Source: Patescibacteria group bacterium
GTDB taxonomy: Bacteria; Patescibacteriota; Minisyncoccia; Phycocordibacterales; UBA918
Direction of reading: 5' to 3'
Length of the DNA stretch: 64,000 nt
Assembly: GCA_019752815.1 (NCBI GenBank)
Contig: JAIELQ010000014.1
Span: forward strand, 1,035-65,034
Of the stretch, positions 18,500-28,872 are shown in pieces. How positions within the stretch are numbered: position 1 is the first letter of the stretch; each line of letters opens with the position of its first letter. The notes beneath the pieces are model-generated. The model was not told where the DNA came from. It searched no databases and saw only the letters and a list, made by a program, of their open reading frames with translations. The position numbers and the translations under genes are program-made.

Positions 18500-19508
18500 G
18501 GTGTGAAAGTGAGTTAAATAATACATCTGCTCCAGATTGTGAGAAATCAAAATCAATTTTTTTGAATCCTTCCAAACCTAGTTTTGCTGAACGTTCGCGC
18601 AAGCCTGCTCCAATAGCAGCATGTTTTTCCGGTGGGGCAATAAAGAATAAGCAACCACCACCTCCGGCACCAAGCACCTTGCCACCCCAGGCACCTAAGT
18701 TGCGAGCCTCGGTGTACAGTTCGTCGATAGCTCCTGTTGAAATACCACCTGAGAGACTTTTTTTCCGCTCCCAACCTTCATGTAGCATTTCAGCCATACC
18801 CTTCATGTCACCGGCTACTAATTTATCTCGAAATACGAGTACCGAGTCAGACATTTGTTTGTAGGTTTCAAATTTATCGGCCATGGTTAATTTTTGTTCG
18901 CCTAATACCGCACTCGCAGAACGAGTAATGCCAGTAAAAAAGAGTACGACATGATCTTCTAAATCTGCACGTACTTTGTAATCAATAAAAATCGGATCAA
19001 CATCAACAGTTCCGTCAGGATTGAATTGAAATACGTTAAATCCACCGTACGCGGCCGCATATTGGTCTTGTTTACCAATTGGTTCTTTCAGAATATCTAT
19101 TTCAATTTCACACGCAAGCTTAGCTGCTTGTTCTTTACTCACGGGTATTTTATGGTGAGCATTAATGGCTTTAAGGAGAGCAACGGTAAAGCTAGACGAT
19201 GAACCCAATCCTGTATTGCCAGGCAAATCCGCAAACGAAGCAATCTCAAGTCCCGGCTCCACGACGTTTAAGTGCAGCATAGTCTCACGGAATCGTGTAT
19301 GTTTAAATTCCGAAGGATGTTTCGCTTGTTCTGTCTCTAGGTACTTTATGACAAAGGTATCAAGAAGTCGTCCGTAGTTAATAACGGTATACACATGTTT
19401 ATCAATGGTGGATGAAATGACACGTCCAGGGTATTTTTCATAAAAATCCTTGATATCAGTTCCTCCTCCTACAAAACTAATCCTAAGCGGTGCGCGGGTA
19501 ATTATCAT
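18492..19508 (-). CDS. hddA: D-glycero-D-manno-heptose-7-phosphate kinase (GHMP)
   Basis: RAPLRISFVGGGTD, GLGSSS, GKQDQYAAAYGG, GGKVLGAGGGG. Confidence 0.85.
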   Translation of the reverse strand: MIITRAPLRISFVGGGTDIKDFYEKYPGRVISSTIDKHVYTVINYGRLLDTFVIKYLETEQAKHPSEFKHTRFRETMLHLNVVEPGLEIASFADLPGNTGLGSSSSFTVALLKAINAHHKIPVSKEQAAKLACEIEIDILKEPIGKQDQYAAAYGGFNVFQFNPDGTVDVDPIFIDYKVRADLEDHVVLFFTGITRSASAVLGEQKLTMADKFETYKQMSDSVLVFRDKLVAGDMKGMAEMLHEGWERKKSLSGGISTGAIDELYTEARNLGAWGGKVLGAGGGGCLFFIAPPEKHAAIGAGLRERSAKLGLEGFKKIDFDFSQSGADVLFNSLSHHA

Positions 19509-19509
19509 A

Positions 19510-20280
19510 TTATTGTTTATTATTAGTACAAACAGCCACCATAAACCGGGATCGTTCGAGCCAGGCTGGATCGTCTTTCAAAATAATGTCAGACATCTCA
19601 AGTTCTGGTTTAATCCAGTTAATAATTTTAAGCTTGACGGTATTGTTTATTTTGTAGGGAATAATCCACTTAAAGGTAAAAAGTATTGGATTTACAATTC
19701 TCCAAATGAAATGGTCGTTGTAAACCGGAGTACGCTGTCCAAAGAGACTATCAACTATAAAGTACTCATTTAGTGCAGAGCGAAATTCAGGAATCGTCAT
19801 CTCAAATACGTGATGAGGATTAATTGGTTTTTTAGTACCAGGCGAATAGAGTGTTTTATTAGGTGTAGAGAGATACACTTTGCCGTTTGGTTTTAGTACT
19901 CGTTTAATTTCAGACAAAAATTTTCGCCAATCTGTTAGGTGTTCAAATACTTCAAAAGCAACCACTACATCAAATGTGCTATCTGCAAACGGAATATTCA
20001 TGGAATCACCAATTGAGAATTCAATATTTGGTTCTTGCCAATGTGCTTTAGCGTAATCAATAGCTTCAGTAGCCACGTCAACACCATGCACCTTTTTAAA
20101 TTTTTTAGATAATGTGTTACTGCCGTGTCCACTACCGCATCCAATATCAAGTACAACATGTTCCGTGTTGCCGGTGACAAATTCATACCGAATGATGTGC
20201 TCAAGCAAATTGTTTTTAGCTAAGGCGCTTTTACTGTCGAGACGTTCGCCCCCAAAACGGTTTGTATTAGTTGTTGTCAT
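19510..20280 (-). CDS. Class I SAM-dependent methyltransferase
   Basis: HIIRY, LDIGCGSG, FEVFEH, STPN, NPHHVFE. Confidence 0.85.
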   Translation of the reverse strand: MTTTNTNRFGGERLDSKSALAKNNLLEHIIRYEFVTGNTEHVVLDIGCGSGHGSNTLSKKFKKVHGVDVATEAIDYAKAHWQEPNIEFSIGDSMNIPFADSTFDVVVAFEVFEHLTDWRKFLSEIKRVLKPNGKVYLSTPNKTLYSPGTKKPINPHHVFEMTIPEFRSALNEYFIVDSLFGQRTPVYNDHFIWRIVNPILFTFKWIIPYKINNTVKLKIINWIKPELEMSDIILKDDPAWLERSRFMVAVCTNNKQ

Positions 20281-21022
20281 TGTTTTTAGTTTTAAAATTC
20301 ATTTGTTTGGGCAATGATTGAGCTTTAGTGTAGTTTTCGAGGTTGCCAATGTCAAGCAAAGTCTCGTCCATTTGGTACACCTGCAATACATCACCATTTT
20401 TTAGCAAAAAAGGGAAGACATGATGTCCAAAATCCAGTACATCATGATTAAGTTCGGATATGGTATGGAGAATACTTGGATCTACCACGTAAATGCCAGC
20501 ATTTGCGTAGTTGCTCGTAATTTGGTGAGGTTGTGGTTTTTCTATAAAGTTGCTAATAACAAATTCGTCATTGTGCTCGATGATGCCTTTCTGCTCAGGG
20601 TGGTGTTCATAGTAGCTTGCAATTGTTACTTTGGCATTCGATTGCTTGTGATGGTCAATCAATTTTTGGTAATCGATATCGGTGAGATTGTCACTGTAGA
20701 TTACTAAAAATGGTTCATCATCACCCAGCCATGACTGGTTCGCACGAATCGTGCCAGCGCTCCCTAATAGCTCTGGCTCATATATAGTACTAATCGACAA
20801 TCTCTTTGGTTGCTGTGATAAATATTCCGCCACAAATTCCTCCATTTGTTGAGAGAGGTAATGAGTGTTAATTCGAACTTCTGTGATGCCATGCTGAAAT
20901 AAATGGTCGAGATGATATGCAAGGAGCGGCTTACCGGCAACGGGTACCAACGGCTTAGGAGTAGTTTCTGTTAATGGCCTGAGACGAGTTCCAAGTCCAG
21001 CGGCGAGAATGAAAGCTTTCAT
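20267..21022 (-). CDS. Sugar-phosphate nucleotidyltransferase (HddC-like)
   Basis: LAAGLGTRLRPLT, PKPL, FIEKP, DIG; adjacent to hddA and gmhA. Confidence 0.8.
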   Translation of the reverse strand: MKAFILAAGLGTRLRPLTETTPKPLVPVAGKPLLAYHLDHLFQHGITEVRINTHYLSQQMEEFVAEYLSQQPKRLSISTIYEPELLGSAGTIRANQSWLGDDEPFLVIYSDNLTDIDYQKLIDHHKQSNAKVTIASYYEHHPEQKGIIEHNDEFVISNFIEKPQPHQITSNYANAGIYVVDPSILHTISELNHDVLDFGHHVFPFLLKNGDVLQVYQMDETLLDIGNLENYTKAQSLPKQMNFKTKNNDNN

Positions 21023-21024
21023 AG

Positions 21025-22002
21025 TTATCTTTTAAGTGACCTGTAGGCAGTTGCGATGATATCTTCAATATTGGTATATTGTGGTTTCCATGAAAGCTCA
21101 TTCATGGCTCCCGTGGCGTCAGCAATGAGGCGAGACGGGTCGCCAGGACGACGGTCTTTTTCAATATAGGTCAGTTTTGTACCAGTAATTTTTTCTGCCG
21201 TATCAATTAACTCTCTGACAGAGAAGCCTTTGTTAATACCAAGATTGTATTGTGTACATACTAGATCAGTATCTAATTTAGTAAGTGCACAAATATGGGC
21301 TTGGGCTAAATCAACTACATGAATGTAATCGCGAATACCGGTCCCGTCTGGAGTAGGGTAGTCGGTGCCAAATATTGAAAATGTCTCTCTCCGGCCGAGT
21401 ATTGTTTCAAGCATAGAGGGTATAACGTGAGTTTCAGGTGAATGATACTCTCCTAATTCACCATCAGGATCTGCTCCAGCAGCACAAAAATAGCGAAACG
21501 AAATTGAGGAAATGCTATATGCCGTAAAATACTCTTTGAGCATTTCTTCGGTTACTAGTTTTGTGCGGCCGTAGGGATTAGTGGGGTTTTTAGGATGGTC
21601 CTCTAAAATAATCTCACTTTGTGGCTCTCCGTAGACTGAGGCAGAGGATGAGAAAATAATTTTAGTACAGCCACTTACGCGCATTGCTTCGAGAATGTTG
21701 TAGCTACCCATTACATTAGTTTGGTAGTATTTTGCAGGATTCGTAACTGAATCAGGTACGTTAGCGATAGCCGCAAAATGAAACACGGTGTCAGGGGCGA
21801 GTTTTAGAAATAGCCTGGTCAGTTTTTCAGCATCACAAATATCAAGTTCGTGATACTCCACATTTGATCGAGTGAGGATATTGTTTCGTGATTGCGAAAA
21901 GTTATCAATGACATGAATCATGGTATCAGGCTGATCTGCAAGCAGTTTAACTAGGTGCGCACCAATAAAACCTGCTCCTCCCGTGACGATTATTTTTTTC
22001 AT
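21025..22002 (-). CDS. galE: UDP-glucose 4-epimerase
   Basis: TGGAGFIG, FSSSASVYG, YGRTK, DGTGIRDYIHVVDLA, RRPGDP. Confidence 0.85.
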   Translation of the reverse strand: MKKIIVTGGAGFIGAHLVKLLADQPDTMIHVIDNFSQSRNNILTRSNVEYHELDICDAEKLTRLFLKLAPDTVFHFAAIANVPDSVTNPAKYYQTNVMGSYNILEAMRVSGCTKIIFSSSASVYGEPQSEIILEDHPKNPTNPYGRTKLVTEEMLKEYFTAYSISSISFRYFCAAGADPDGELGEYHSPETHVIPSMLETILGRRETFSIFGTDYPTPDGTGIRDYIHVVDLAQAHICALTKLDTDLVCTQYNLGINKGFSVRELIDTAEKITGTKLTYIEKDRRPGDPSRLIADATGAMNELSWKPQYTNIEDIIATAYRSLKR

Positions 22003-22973
22003 TTTTTTATTTTTTTGATTAGGTTTTTGATGCCTTTTGGAATGTAACGATTTACAACATAAATTAGTCGTTGATGACGGTGATAATATTTTTGAATCCA
22101 GTTACGCTTATCAGGGATGTCATTTGGCCAAACATAGTCCCAGATATCAAGCCAATACAGGTTGTCAGCTGAGTACGTAGCAATGAATTCGAGGGCCTTA
22201 CTCACATGCCATTGTGAGCTATCGGCTTTGATACTATATGAAGGATAACCGACTAGCCAATTTTTTGGGGTGTCAGCAAGCCTAAGTCCGACCTCATCTT
22301 TATACTCGTAGTATTTGTTGTTTAATATAAACGATTTAAGAAATATGGGTTGCGTATAGTGTCCAAATTCAAGCAGTTTTGCCCAGCGTTGTTTGCGAAG
22401 GATGCGTTCAAAGTCGACAAATTGGTAGTGTAAAACTTTAATGTGAGGAATACTTATAGCTTTAAATACTAAGCTTTCAGGAATAATCGACAAGTGCGCA
22501 AAGCCCGGTTCAAAATTTACTTTACGGTCGTCAATAAACGCAAATGGTCGGTCAAAATCAGTCCATACCGAACCCTTATCATTACGATATTTGTCCTCAC
22601 TTCTCCATAGTTGCACCCACTGAAACGAAAACGCCGTCCCCGGTTCTTTGTCTTTCACCATTTCGTCAAAAACAAGCGGGTCTAATATATTGGCTGAAAA
22701 AATTTCATCAGCAGCTAAGTGGGCAATAAAGTTATAGCCTTCAATTTTTCGAGCCGCATCAAGAAGGATTTGACGTCTATTACCCTCGTCATATGTCTTA
22801 GCCTCGTTCTGGAAGTATGTAACTTTTGGAAACTTTTTATAAATATTAGGTGTATCATCGGTGCTCTTTTCGTCGGCAATAATGATGTGATCAAAAAATA
22901 GACTGGCACACGTTAGTGTGTGTTCAAGAATCCATTCTTCGTTCTTGATAGGGATAATTAATATTTTTTTCAT
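21999..22973 (-). CDS. Glycosyltransferase family 2
   Basis: PIKNEE, DEKSTDDT, AADE, LHYQF. Confidence 0.75.
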   Translation of the reverse strand: MKKILIIPIKNEEWILEHTLTCASLFFDHIIIADEKSTDDTPNIYKKFPKVTYFQNEAKTYDEGNRRQILLDAARKIEGYNFIAHLAADEIFSANILDPLVFDEMVKDKEPGTAFSFQWVQLWRSEDKYRNDKGSVWTDFDRPFAFIDDRKVNFEPGFAHLSIIPESLVFKAISIPHIKVLHYQFVDFERILRKQRWAKLLEFGHYTQPIFLKSFILNNKYYEYKDEVGLRLADTPKNWLVGYPSYSIKADSSQWHVSKALEFIATYSADNLYWLDIWDYVWPNDIPDKRNWIQKYYHRHQRLIYVVNRYIPKGIKNLIKKIKK

Positions 22974-23029
22974 AAAAGAGATGTGAGTTGAAATAATGGC
23001 AATTAATGTAGCGTAATTTTACTATAAAA

Positions 23030-24310
23030 TCAGCTTATTTTCCGAGTGTTCAATTTTTGCCTAATAGAACTATAGAAAAACGGAATAATTGGTGCGACTG
23101 AATAGGATATGACAGTAGCCCAAGCCGCTCCCGCTCCACCATATTCTGGAATCCATAATAGGTTTAAAATAACATTTAAGACCATAGGTAGAAAGCCAAC
23201 CATGATTTGAATGCGGCGTTTGTTTTCGGTAGCTAGTATGTTACTGATTAAAAAACCAGCTACTACACCGAATAATGACCATACATAAATTTGCACTAAT
23301 GGAATACTGGCAGTGAAGGCCTCACCATAGATTATGGGAATCAACATTGGAGCAAGCAACGTAGTTGCGAGTGAGGCAGTGAGACTGTATCCGCCAATGA
23401 GAACGGTCAGTGCAAGTATCCGTTTACCGTAGTTATTGTCTGCCGCATGGGCGTTTACTAAAGCGGGCAAGAGTGATGCTAGTAATATCATTGGGAGGAC
23501 TTGCCAAATTTCAGTTAGCTGGACGGCAACGCTGTAGTAACCAACAGCAGCGGTATCAAGAAAATGTTTCAAGAGCACCTGATCGATGCGTCCACTTATA
23601 ACAATCGACATTGAGATAAACACAAACGGAATAGAATCGAGTGCTAACCTTTTTGCGTAACTGAGATCAACATACCATTCTCGAATTGAAATGCCGGTAT
23701 ATTTTGTATACATATATACTGTAATAGTGGCAGTGAGCATTTGTTCTAAGAGCATAATACCAGCCAGTACTAAAACTCCTTGGTTTTGAGTCATGGCGAT
23801 TATTTTCATAATACTGATAGTGATATGGACAACTAACTGCATGACAGAAAGATACTTCGTGTCTGCTTTGGCGTAAAAAATATTTTGTGCAACAGTAAAT
23901 GATGAGAGAATTTGGGCAAGACATAATAATCCCACCACAAAAAATGTGATGTCATTGTGTGGAAGATAAAATGTGAGACCAAATACACCTACTATCGTCA
24001 CAAGTGTTCCCAGAACCATGAGTACCCAACCTGTACCTAAAATACTTCGTTGGTTTACTTCTTCTCGTACTAAGTCTCGTACTACTACCGTTGCACTCGC
24101 TATCGCACTAAAAAAGGCGAGTAAGTTTACGATACTGACAGCGTAGCTAAGTTCACCTAAATTTTGGGGTCCTAACGTACGGGCAATATAAAAAGTTGCT
24201 GCCAAAGAGACTATGATGCTGAGAAATTTTGAAATTGTTATCCAGAGTGCTCCCTTTAGATAGCGTTTAGGACTTTTTGCACCCAGGGCAGTGAGGAGTT
24301 TGGTTACCAT
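23030..24310 (-). CDS. wzx: Oligosaccharide flippase (Wzx/MOP)
   Basis: Many TM helices; ARTLGP, RIDQVLL, VGYYSVA, LNLLWIPEYG..GAAWAT. Confidence 0.85.
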   Translation of the reverse strand: MVTKLLTALGAKSPKRYLKGALWITISKFLSIIVSLAATFYIARTLGPQNLGELSYAVSIVNLLAFFSAIASATVVVRDLVREEVNQRSILGTGWVLMVLGTLVTIVGVFGLTFYLPHNDITFFVVGLLCLAQILSSFTVAQNIFYAKADTKYLSVMQLVVHITISIMKIIAMTQNQGVLVLAGIMLLEQMLTATITVYMYTKYTGISIREWYVDLSYAKRLALDSIPFVFISMSIVISGRIDQVLLKHFLDTAAVGYYSVAVQLTEIWQVLPMILLASLLPALVNAHAADNNYGKRILALTVLIGGYSLTASLATTLLAPMLIPIIYGEAFTASIPLVQIYVWSLFGVVAGFLISNILATENKRRIQIMVGFLPMVLNVILNLLWIPEYGGAGAAWATVISYSVAPIIPFFYSSIRQKLNTRKIS

Positions 24311-24423
24311 ATGTAATGTGAAGTATAACCTATGTATTAAAGCTGAAGTTACATTTTATAGCTAAGAAACTAAAAGCGCCGCGATTTGTAGATTTTACTT
24401 TTTACCGCTACTATTGCCAGTAT

Positions 24424-25332
24424 ATGAAATTATTCCGGACCGTGGCTGAAGTGATTTTTATCCTAATTCATCCAATTTTTAAACCAGAGTGGGTGCAGTT
24501 ATTTTTGCGACGATTTATTGCATTGCCATATAGTATGGTCAAGTTTTTGGATTACCAAGGAGTAGTACCGTTTGTGGTAAATGGTAAAGAGTTATTTATG
24601 CGGTCGTACAATACCCCCATTGAGATCACAGTGTTTTGGCGGGGAATATTTAACGGTCGCGAAGGGATGGAACTTTCGGTGTGGTCAGACTTATCAAAGA
24701 GTGCAACAACGGCGATTGATATCGGGGCCAATAACGGTATTTATGCGTTGGTATCAAGTGCGTATCCGAATATAAAAATCCATGCGTTTGAACCAGTGCC
24801 AAATGTTTTTGACATGTTGCTTGAGAACAGATTTTTAAATCCTACCAGTAACATCATGCCGCATCAGATGGTGGTGAGTAATCAAAATGGAACGCAAACA
24901 TTGTATGTTCCAAAAGTGGGCTGGGTAGATGTAGCATCACTCGACAAAGAATTTGCCAGTCGCTATACCGAAGGTCGGGAGCTGGTGCAGATTCAGTGTC
25001 GGGCAATCACTCTCGATACATTTTTAACACAAGAGGCCGTGACAGTGGGTGAGCGAGTGATTTGTAAAATTGATGTTGAAGGCGCCGAACCACTTATTTT
25101 GGCGGGAGCGAAAGAAGCCATCGAAAAATATAACGTAGCCTTTTTAATTGAAGCGCTCGATACGTCGGCTTTTGATGAGATTAAAAAGTTCTTCCCCAGT
25201 GACTATCAAATTTACGGTGTCGATAGTAAGTATAAAAAATTATTTAAGACACAAGTTTCATCTGATCGGGCCAATAACTATTTGTTTATCAAACAATTAC
25301 CAACTGAGTTGGTTGGGCATGTAGGGGAGTAG
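24424..25332 (+). CDS. FkbM family methyltransferase
   Basis: IDIGANNG, AFEPVP, KIDVEGAE. Confidence 0.85.
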   Translation: MKLFRTVAEVIFILIHPIFKPEWVQLFLRRFIALPYSMVKFLDYQGVVPFVVNGKELFMRSYNTPIEITVFWRGIFNGREGMELSVWSDLSKSATTAIDIGANNGIYALVSSAYPNIKIHAFEPVPNVFDMLLENRFLNPTSNIMPHQMVVSNQNGTQTLYVPKVGWVDVASLDKEFASRYTEGRELVQIQCRAITLDTFLTQEAVTVGERVICKIDVEGAEPLILAGAKEAIEKYNVAFLIEALDTSAFDEIKKFFPSDYQIYGVDSKYKKLFKTQVSSDRANNYLFIKQLPTELVGHVGE

Positions 25333-25443
25333 AGTATACGTGTATGCAAAAGTATGGCTCAAATTAAGCCTTGTTTTACTTGATTTTTTAGATAAATTGT
25401 GCTATAGTTTTTTTAGTTTCCATTGGCTAGAAGAGAAGAAATA

Positions 25444-26103
25444 ATGGCTGATTATGGATTGGTTCCTTCGTATGAATTACCCCCTGAGTTCCAGTCAGTC
25501 TGGGACGAGATTACTACCTCCAACTTTTACCCACACCGGGCTGAAGCGGTAGTGATTTTTCCTGGACTGCTTAATCCTAATGTGCGTGACACATTTGAAA
25601 TGGTGTGGCTGGATGTTCTGATAAAATTTACGCACCGTTTCATCGCCGGTATTCATACGCCCCACGGGCAGGCAGAGATGAGCACCTTGAGCAAGGCCTC
25701 AGATTGGGCAATCTGGCAGGTTGAAGCCTGGAACACTCCTGATCAGGCGCGATGGACTATCGGGCAGTTGCAGCACGGAGGCATGAACTCTGTTGCGCTT
25801 TACGCACCGAAGTTTCATTTGCCGCGGGCGACGATGACGCTTATCAAAGCCGCTACGGATGCGGGCTGGCAGGGCAAGATCTATCCCCGTGGCTGGTATC
25901 CTGGCAAGGGCAAGCTGGTTCTGGCCGGTTTCGACAATCTGGCTACGCATGATGAACTCATTCCTGGTGAACAAGCCAGGTGGGTGAATTACACGACAAA
26001 GGGAGATGTTGCGACTCCTGAACAGTGGGCGACATTTCGGCCAGAATTACCGCGTAATTCAGTCTCTCGCATGTTTGCAGATTCGCACTGTGGTGATGGA
26101 TAG
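25444..26103 (+). CDS. Hypothetical protein, divergent DUF218/YdcF-like
   Basis: AWNTPDQA..SVALYAPKFHLPRA matches the NT-x-x-Q/NA and H-x-x-RA pattern; extended -10 TGCTATAGT upstream. Confidence 0.5.
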   Translation: MADYGLVPSYELPPEFQSVWDEITTSNFYPHRAEAVVIFPGLLNPNVRDTFEMVWLDVLIKFTHRFIAGIHTPHGQAEMSTLSKASDWAIWQVEAWNTPDQARWTIGQLQHGGMNSVALYAPKFHLPRATMTLIKAATDAGWQGKIYPRGWYPGKGKLVLAGFDNLATHDELIPGEQARWVNYTTKGDVATPEQWATFRPELPRNSVSRMFADSHCGDG

Positions 26104-26148
26104 TTCATTATAAAACGAGTTCCAAACTTATTCTTAAAAATGCGACGC

Positions 26149-26178
26149 AAAAGCGCGACCCCTGGGCCGCGCTTTTTT
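26149..26178 (+). terminator. Rho-independent terminator
   Basis: AAAAGCGCG-N10-CGCGCTTTTTT. Confidence 0.7.
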
Positions 26179-26220
26179 CTATTCGTTTCTTTTTTAGCGC
26201 GAGAGTTGTTGTATGTATAT

Positions 26221-27222
26221 ATGCAACCTCCGAAAAAAAAGATTGTGGTAATAGGCGGCGGTACGGGAACGTATACGTTACTGCGGGGGTTAAAAGCGTA
26301 CGCTCATGCGGTTGATATAACGGCGATTGTGACGATGGCTGATTCGGGTGGTTCAACCGGACGATTGCGGGATGAGTTTGGTGGTTTGCCTATGGGTGAT
26401 GCTCGGATGGCGCTGTGTGCACTGGCTGACGATGTTGATGCCGATGCCGACGTGCTGCGGGAATTATTTTTATATCGATTTGCTAAAGGGGAGGGTCTAT
26501 CCGGACATAATTTTGGAAATTTACTTTTGACGGCCTTGACTGAAATTGTAGGAGATACAAGTACGGCAATTGAAACCGCGGGAAAAATTTTACGAATTAA
26601 AGGGTCAGTGATTCCGGTGACGAGCGACAACGTACAGTTAGTGGCTACCTATACCAATGGTGTCGTAGTGACGGGAGAACATTATATTGATACACCTCCA
26701 GTTGAAATGCATGATTATCGGATTATTAATTTAGCGGTGACCCCCAAGGCTACGATTAATCCCAAAGCGGCGACTGCAATTACCGAGGCGGATATGGTAG
26801 TACTTGGTCCCGGAGATTTGTATACCAGCATTTTGGCGAACTGTGTGGTTGATGGGGTACAAGAGGCGGTGAGTGCAAGCAACGCAACGATGGTGTACGT
26901 GTGTAACTTGATGTCACGCAGTGGGCAAACAATTGGTATGCATAGTAGGGAGTATGTACATGAAATCGCACAATACGCCGGAGTGATGCCGCAGCATGTC
27001 ATTTATAATACAGCACCATTTTCGCCAACACTGCTCGCCTCATATTCACAGGAAGGCAACCATCAGGTTTTAAATAATATGGATTCGGATTTGTGTACCG
27101 TCCATGAGATAGATGTCGTGTCGACGCAGGCGTATGTAACCAAAGCGGGTGATACTGTCACGCGCAGTTTAATTCGGCATGACAGTGAAAAATTATCTCA
27201 GGCAATTATTAACTTATTGTAG
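26221..27222 (+). CDS. yvcK: YvcK/GlmR (UPF0052) family protein
   Basis: IGGGTG, DSGGSTGRLR, GHNFGNL, GPGDLYTSI, RHDS; start moved to the ATG at 26221. Confidence 0.88.
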   Translation: MQPPKKKIVVIGGGTGTYTLLRGLKAYAHAVDITAIVTMADSGGSTGRLRDEFGGLPMGDARMALCALADDVDADADVLRELFLYRFAKGEGLSGHNFGNLLLTALTEIVGDTSTAIETAGKILRIKGSVIPVTSDNVQLVATYTNGVVVTGEHYIDTPPVEMHDYRIINLAVTPKATINPKAATAITEADMVVLGPGDLYTSILANCVVDGVQEAVSASNATMVYVCNLMSRSGQTIGMHSREYVHEIAQYAGVMPQHVIYNTAPFSPTLLASYSQEGNHQVLNNMDSDLCTVHEIDVVSTQAYVTKAGDTVTRSLIRHDSEKLSQAIINLL

Positions 27223-27276
27223 TTTATTAAGTTCGAGTATTTTTTACGCGCGTAAGTCGCGGTATACTAGTGTCAA

Positions 27277-28602
27277 ATGTCTGATCCTTCTCACTTATCA
27301 AAATTTGATGTCACACAACGCCAAAAGGCGACATTGCAGTACGTGATTGCCGAGGAAGAAAGTGTTAAAAAGCGAGGAGCGGTTGGTCCAAAAGTATCAA
27401 TTGCCGAAGCGCGGCAAGGCGCAACACACTATCAAGCAGTGTCAGATCGTGAGACGACACGTTTACTTTTTATTTCTCAAGAAACATCACTCCTTAATCA
27501 AACGACGCAGAGTCTTGATGGGTATCTCAATATGTCGGACGTGTTTGATGAGGTACATATTTTGGTGATTCAGGTTGGTAAAGCAATCCGCAATCCGGTG
27601 TTACGGGTGACGGATAATGTGTGGCTCTATACGGTATCAGCTCCTGCCGGATTGGCGCTTATGGCGGCAGCTAAAGACATGATTAAACAGCAGCTTGAAT
27701 TTGCAGATGGATTCAGAGCCGATTTGATTGTGGCCCGAGACCCGCTTCTGTCAGGGTATCTCGCACTGTGGGCGAGTCGACACTACGACCGTCCGGCACA
27801 ACTACACATGGTTGAAGATTTTACCCAAAAAAAGCGTTTCCAAAAATTTTCCCACCCGCGACTAATGTCCTGGTTGTACTCGTATGTCTGCAAACAGTTT
27901 GATAGTATTCGAACGAATACCGATAGTCTGACCCAAAAATTGCAGGCCAAGTACCCGCACAAAACCGACATTAAAACCTTGCCGCGGTTTCACAATTTTG
28001 CCAGTTTAGCTCAAGGGGTAGCAACGATAAATATTAAAGACAAGTATCGCCAGTTTTCATTTATTATTCTGTACGTTGGTCAACTTAATTTTGAGTCAAA
28101 AGCGTACCAAGCAATTGATGCGGCACGGAACCTGATGCGCAGTCCGAAGGTGGGATTGGTTATTCTCGGTGATGGTGATGCTCGTGCAGAGTTTATTAAA
28201 CGAGCAGAATTATTGGGTATTGGATCGCAAGTGGTGTTTGAAAAATCAGCTGTTGACGTGTATAGCTATTTAAAATCAGCTGATGTGTTGCTAGTGCCTG
28301 ATACTGATGAAGAGAGTGATGAGCTGGCCATTCAAGCAGCTGCGGCAGGAATTCCGGTTGTTATGGCCGAGTCTCCAAACCGGCATGATTTATTTTTAGC
28401 TGATGAGGCGGCATTATATTTTAATGGGAATGACATTAATGGTATGTCGAATCAAATGAAAAAAGTATTAAATGATCCGGGTGTCAGGCAAGACTTGGTG
28501 CGCCACGCTCGTGACACGGTGGCACTAAAATTACATGAAGATCCGCTCGCGTATCGGTTGGCGTATCGGGACTCAATCGAAGCAGCCCTCTTCACCGAAT
28601 AA
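27277..28602 (+). CDS. GT4-family glycosyltransferase-like protein (degenerate motifs)
   Basis: LYVGQL, LGDG, ADVLLVP, AAAGIPVV GT-B pattern. Confidence 0.7.
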   Translation: MSDPSHLSKFDVTQRQKATLQYVIAEEESVKKRGAVGPKVSIAEARQGATHYQAVSDRETTRLLFISQETSLLNQTTQSLDGYLNMSDVFDEVHILVIQVGKAIRNPVLRVTDNVWLYTVSAPAGLALMAAAKDMIKQQLEFADGFRADLIVARDPLLSGYLALWASRHYDRPAQLHMVEDFTQKKRFQKFSHPRLMSWLYSYVCKQFDSIRTNTDSLTQKLQAKYPHKTDIKTLPRFHNFASLAQGVATINIKDKYRQFSFIILYVGQLNFESKAYQAIDAARNLMRSPKVGLVILGDGDARAEFIKRAELLGIGSQVVFEKSAVDVYSYLKSADVLLVPDTDEESDELAIQAAAAGIPVVMAESPNRHDLFLADEAALYFNGNDINGMSNQMKKVLNDPGVRQDLVRHARDTVALKLHEDPLAYRLAYRDSIEAALFTE

Positions 28603-28726
28603 AACGCCCAAAAATGTTTAATTTCTGCGTTGCGCTGCGGTAAAATATTTCTCACCGTACGTTGGGTACGGCTCGCAATATTTTCCTTGCGCGCCTTGAA
28701 CTTAAATCATTTTTGAACGTTTTATT
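28598..28726. repeat. Dispersed palindromic element, copy 2
   Basis: IR AATAAAACGCCCAAAAATG/CATTTTTGAACGTTTTATT; core CTCACCGTAC-N5-GTACGGCTCG; GCGCCTTGAA. Confidence 0.75.
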
Positions 28727-28872
28727 GTTTGTTGACATCAAGAACCAAGTATTTTTTGGTATAAATGGATGTAATGAATTGCATTCAATTCTGAAACTCC
28801 TACTGCACATAAATGGTACTGAGGATAGCGACAGAGTAATTTGCCAAGTAAATAGAATATACTAGTTACAAT

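Noticed and set aside
28727-28860. Fluoride-riboswitch-like CTGAAACTCCTAC
   Set aside because: The 5' consensus half is missing and the downstream gene is unrelated
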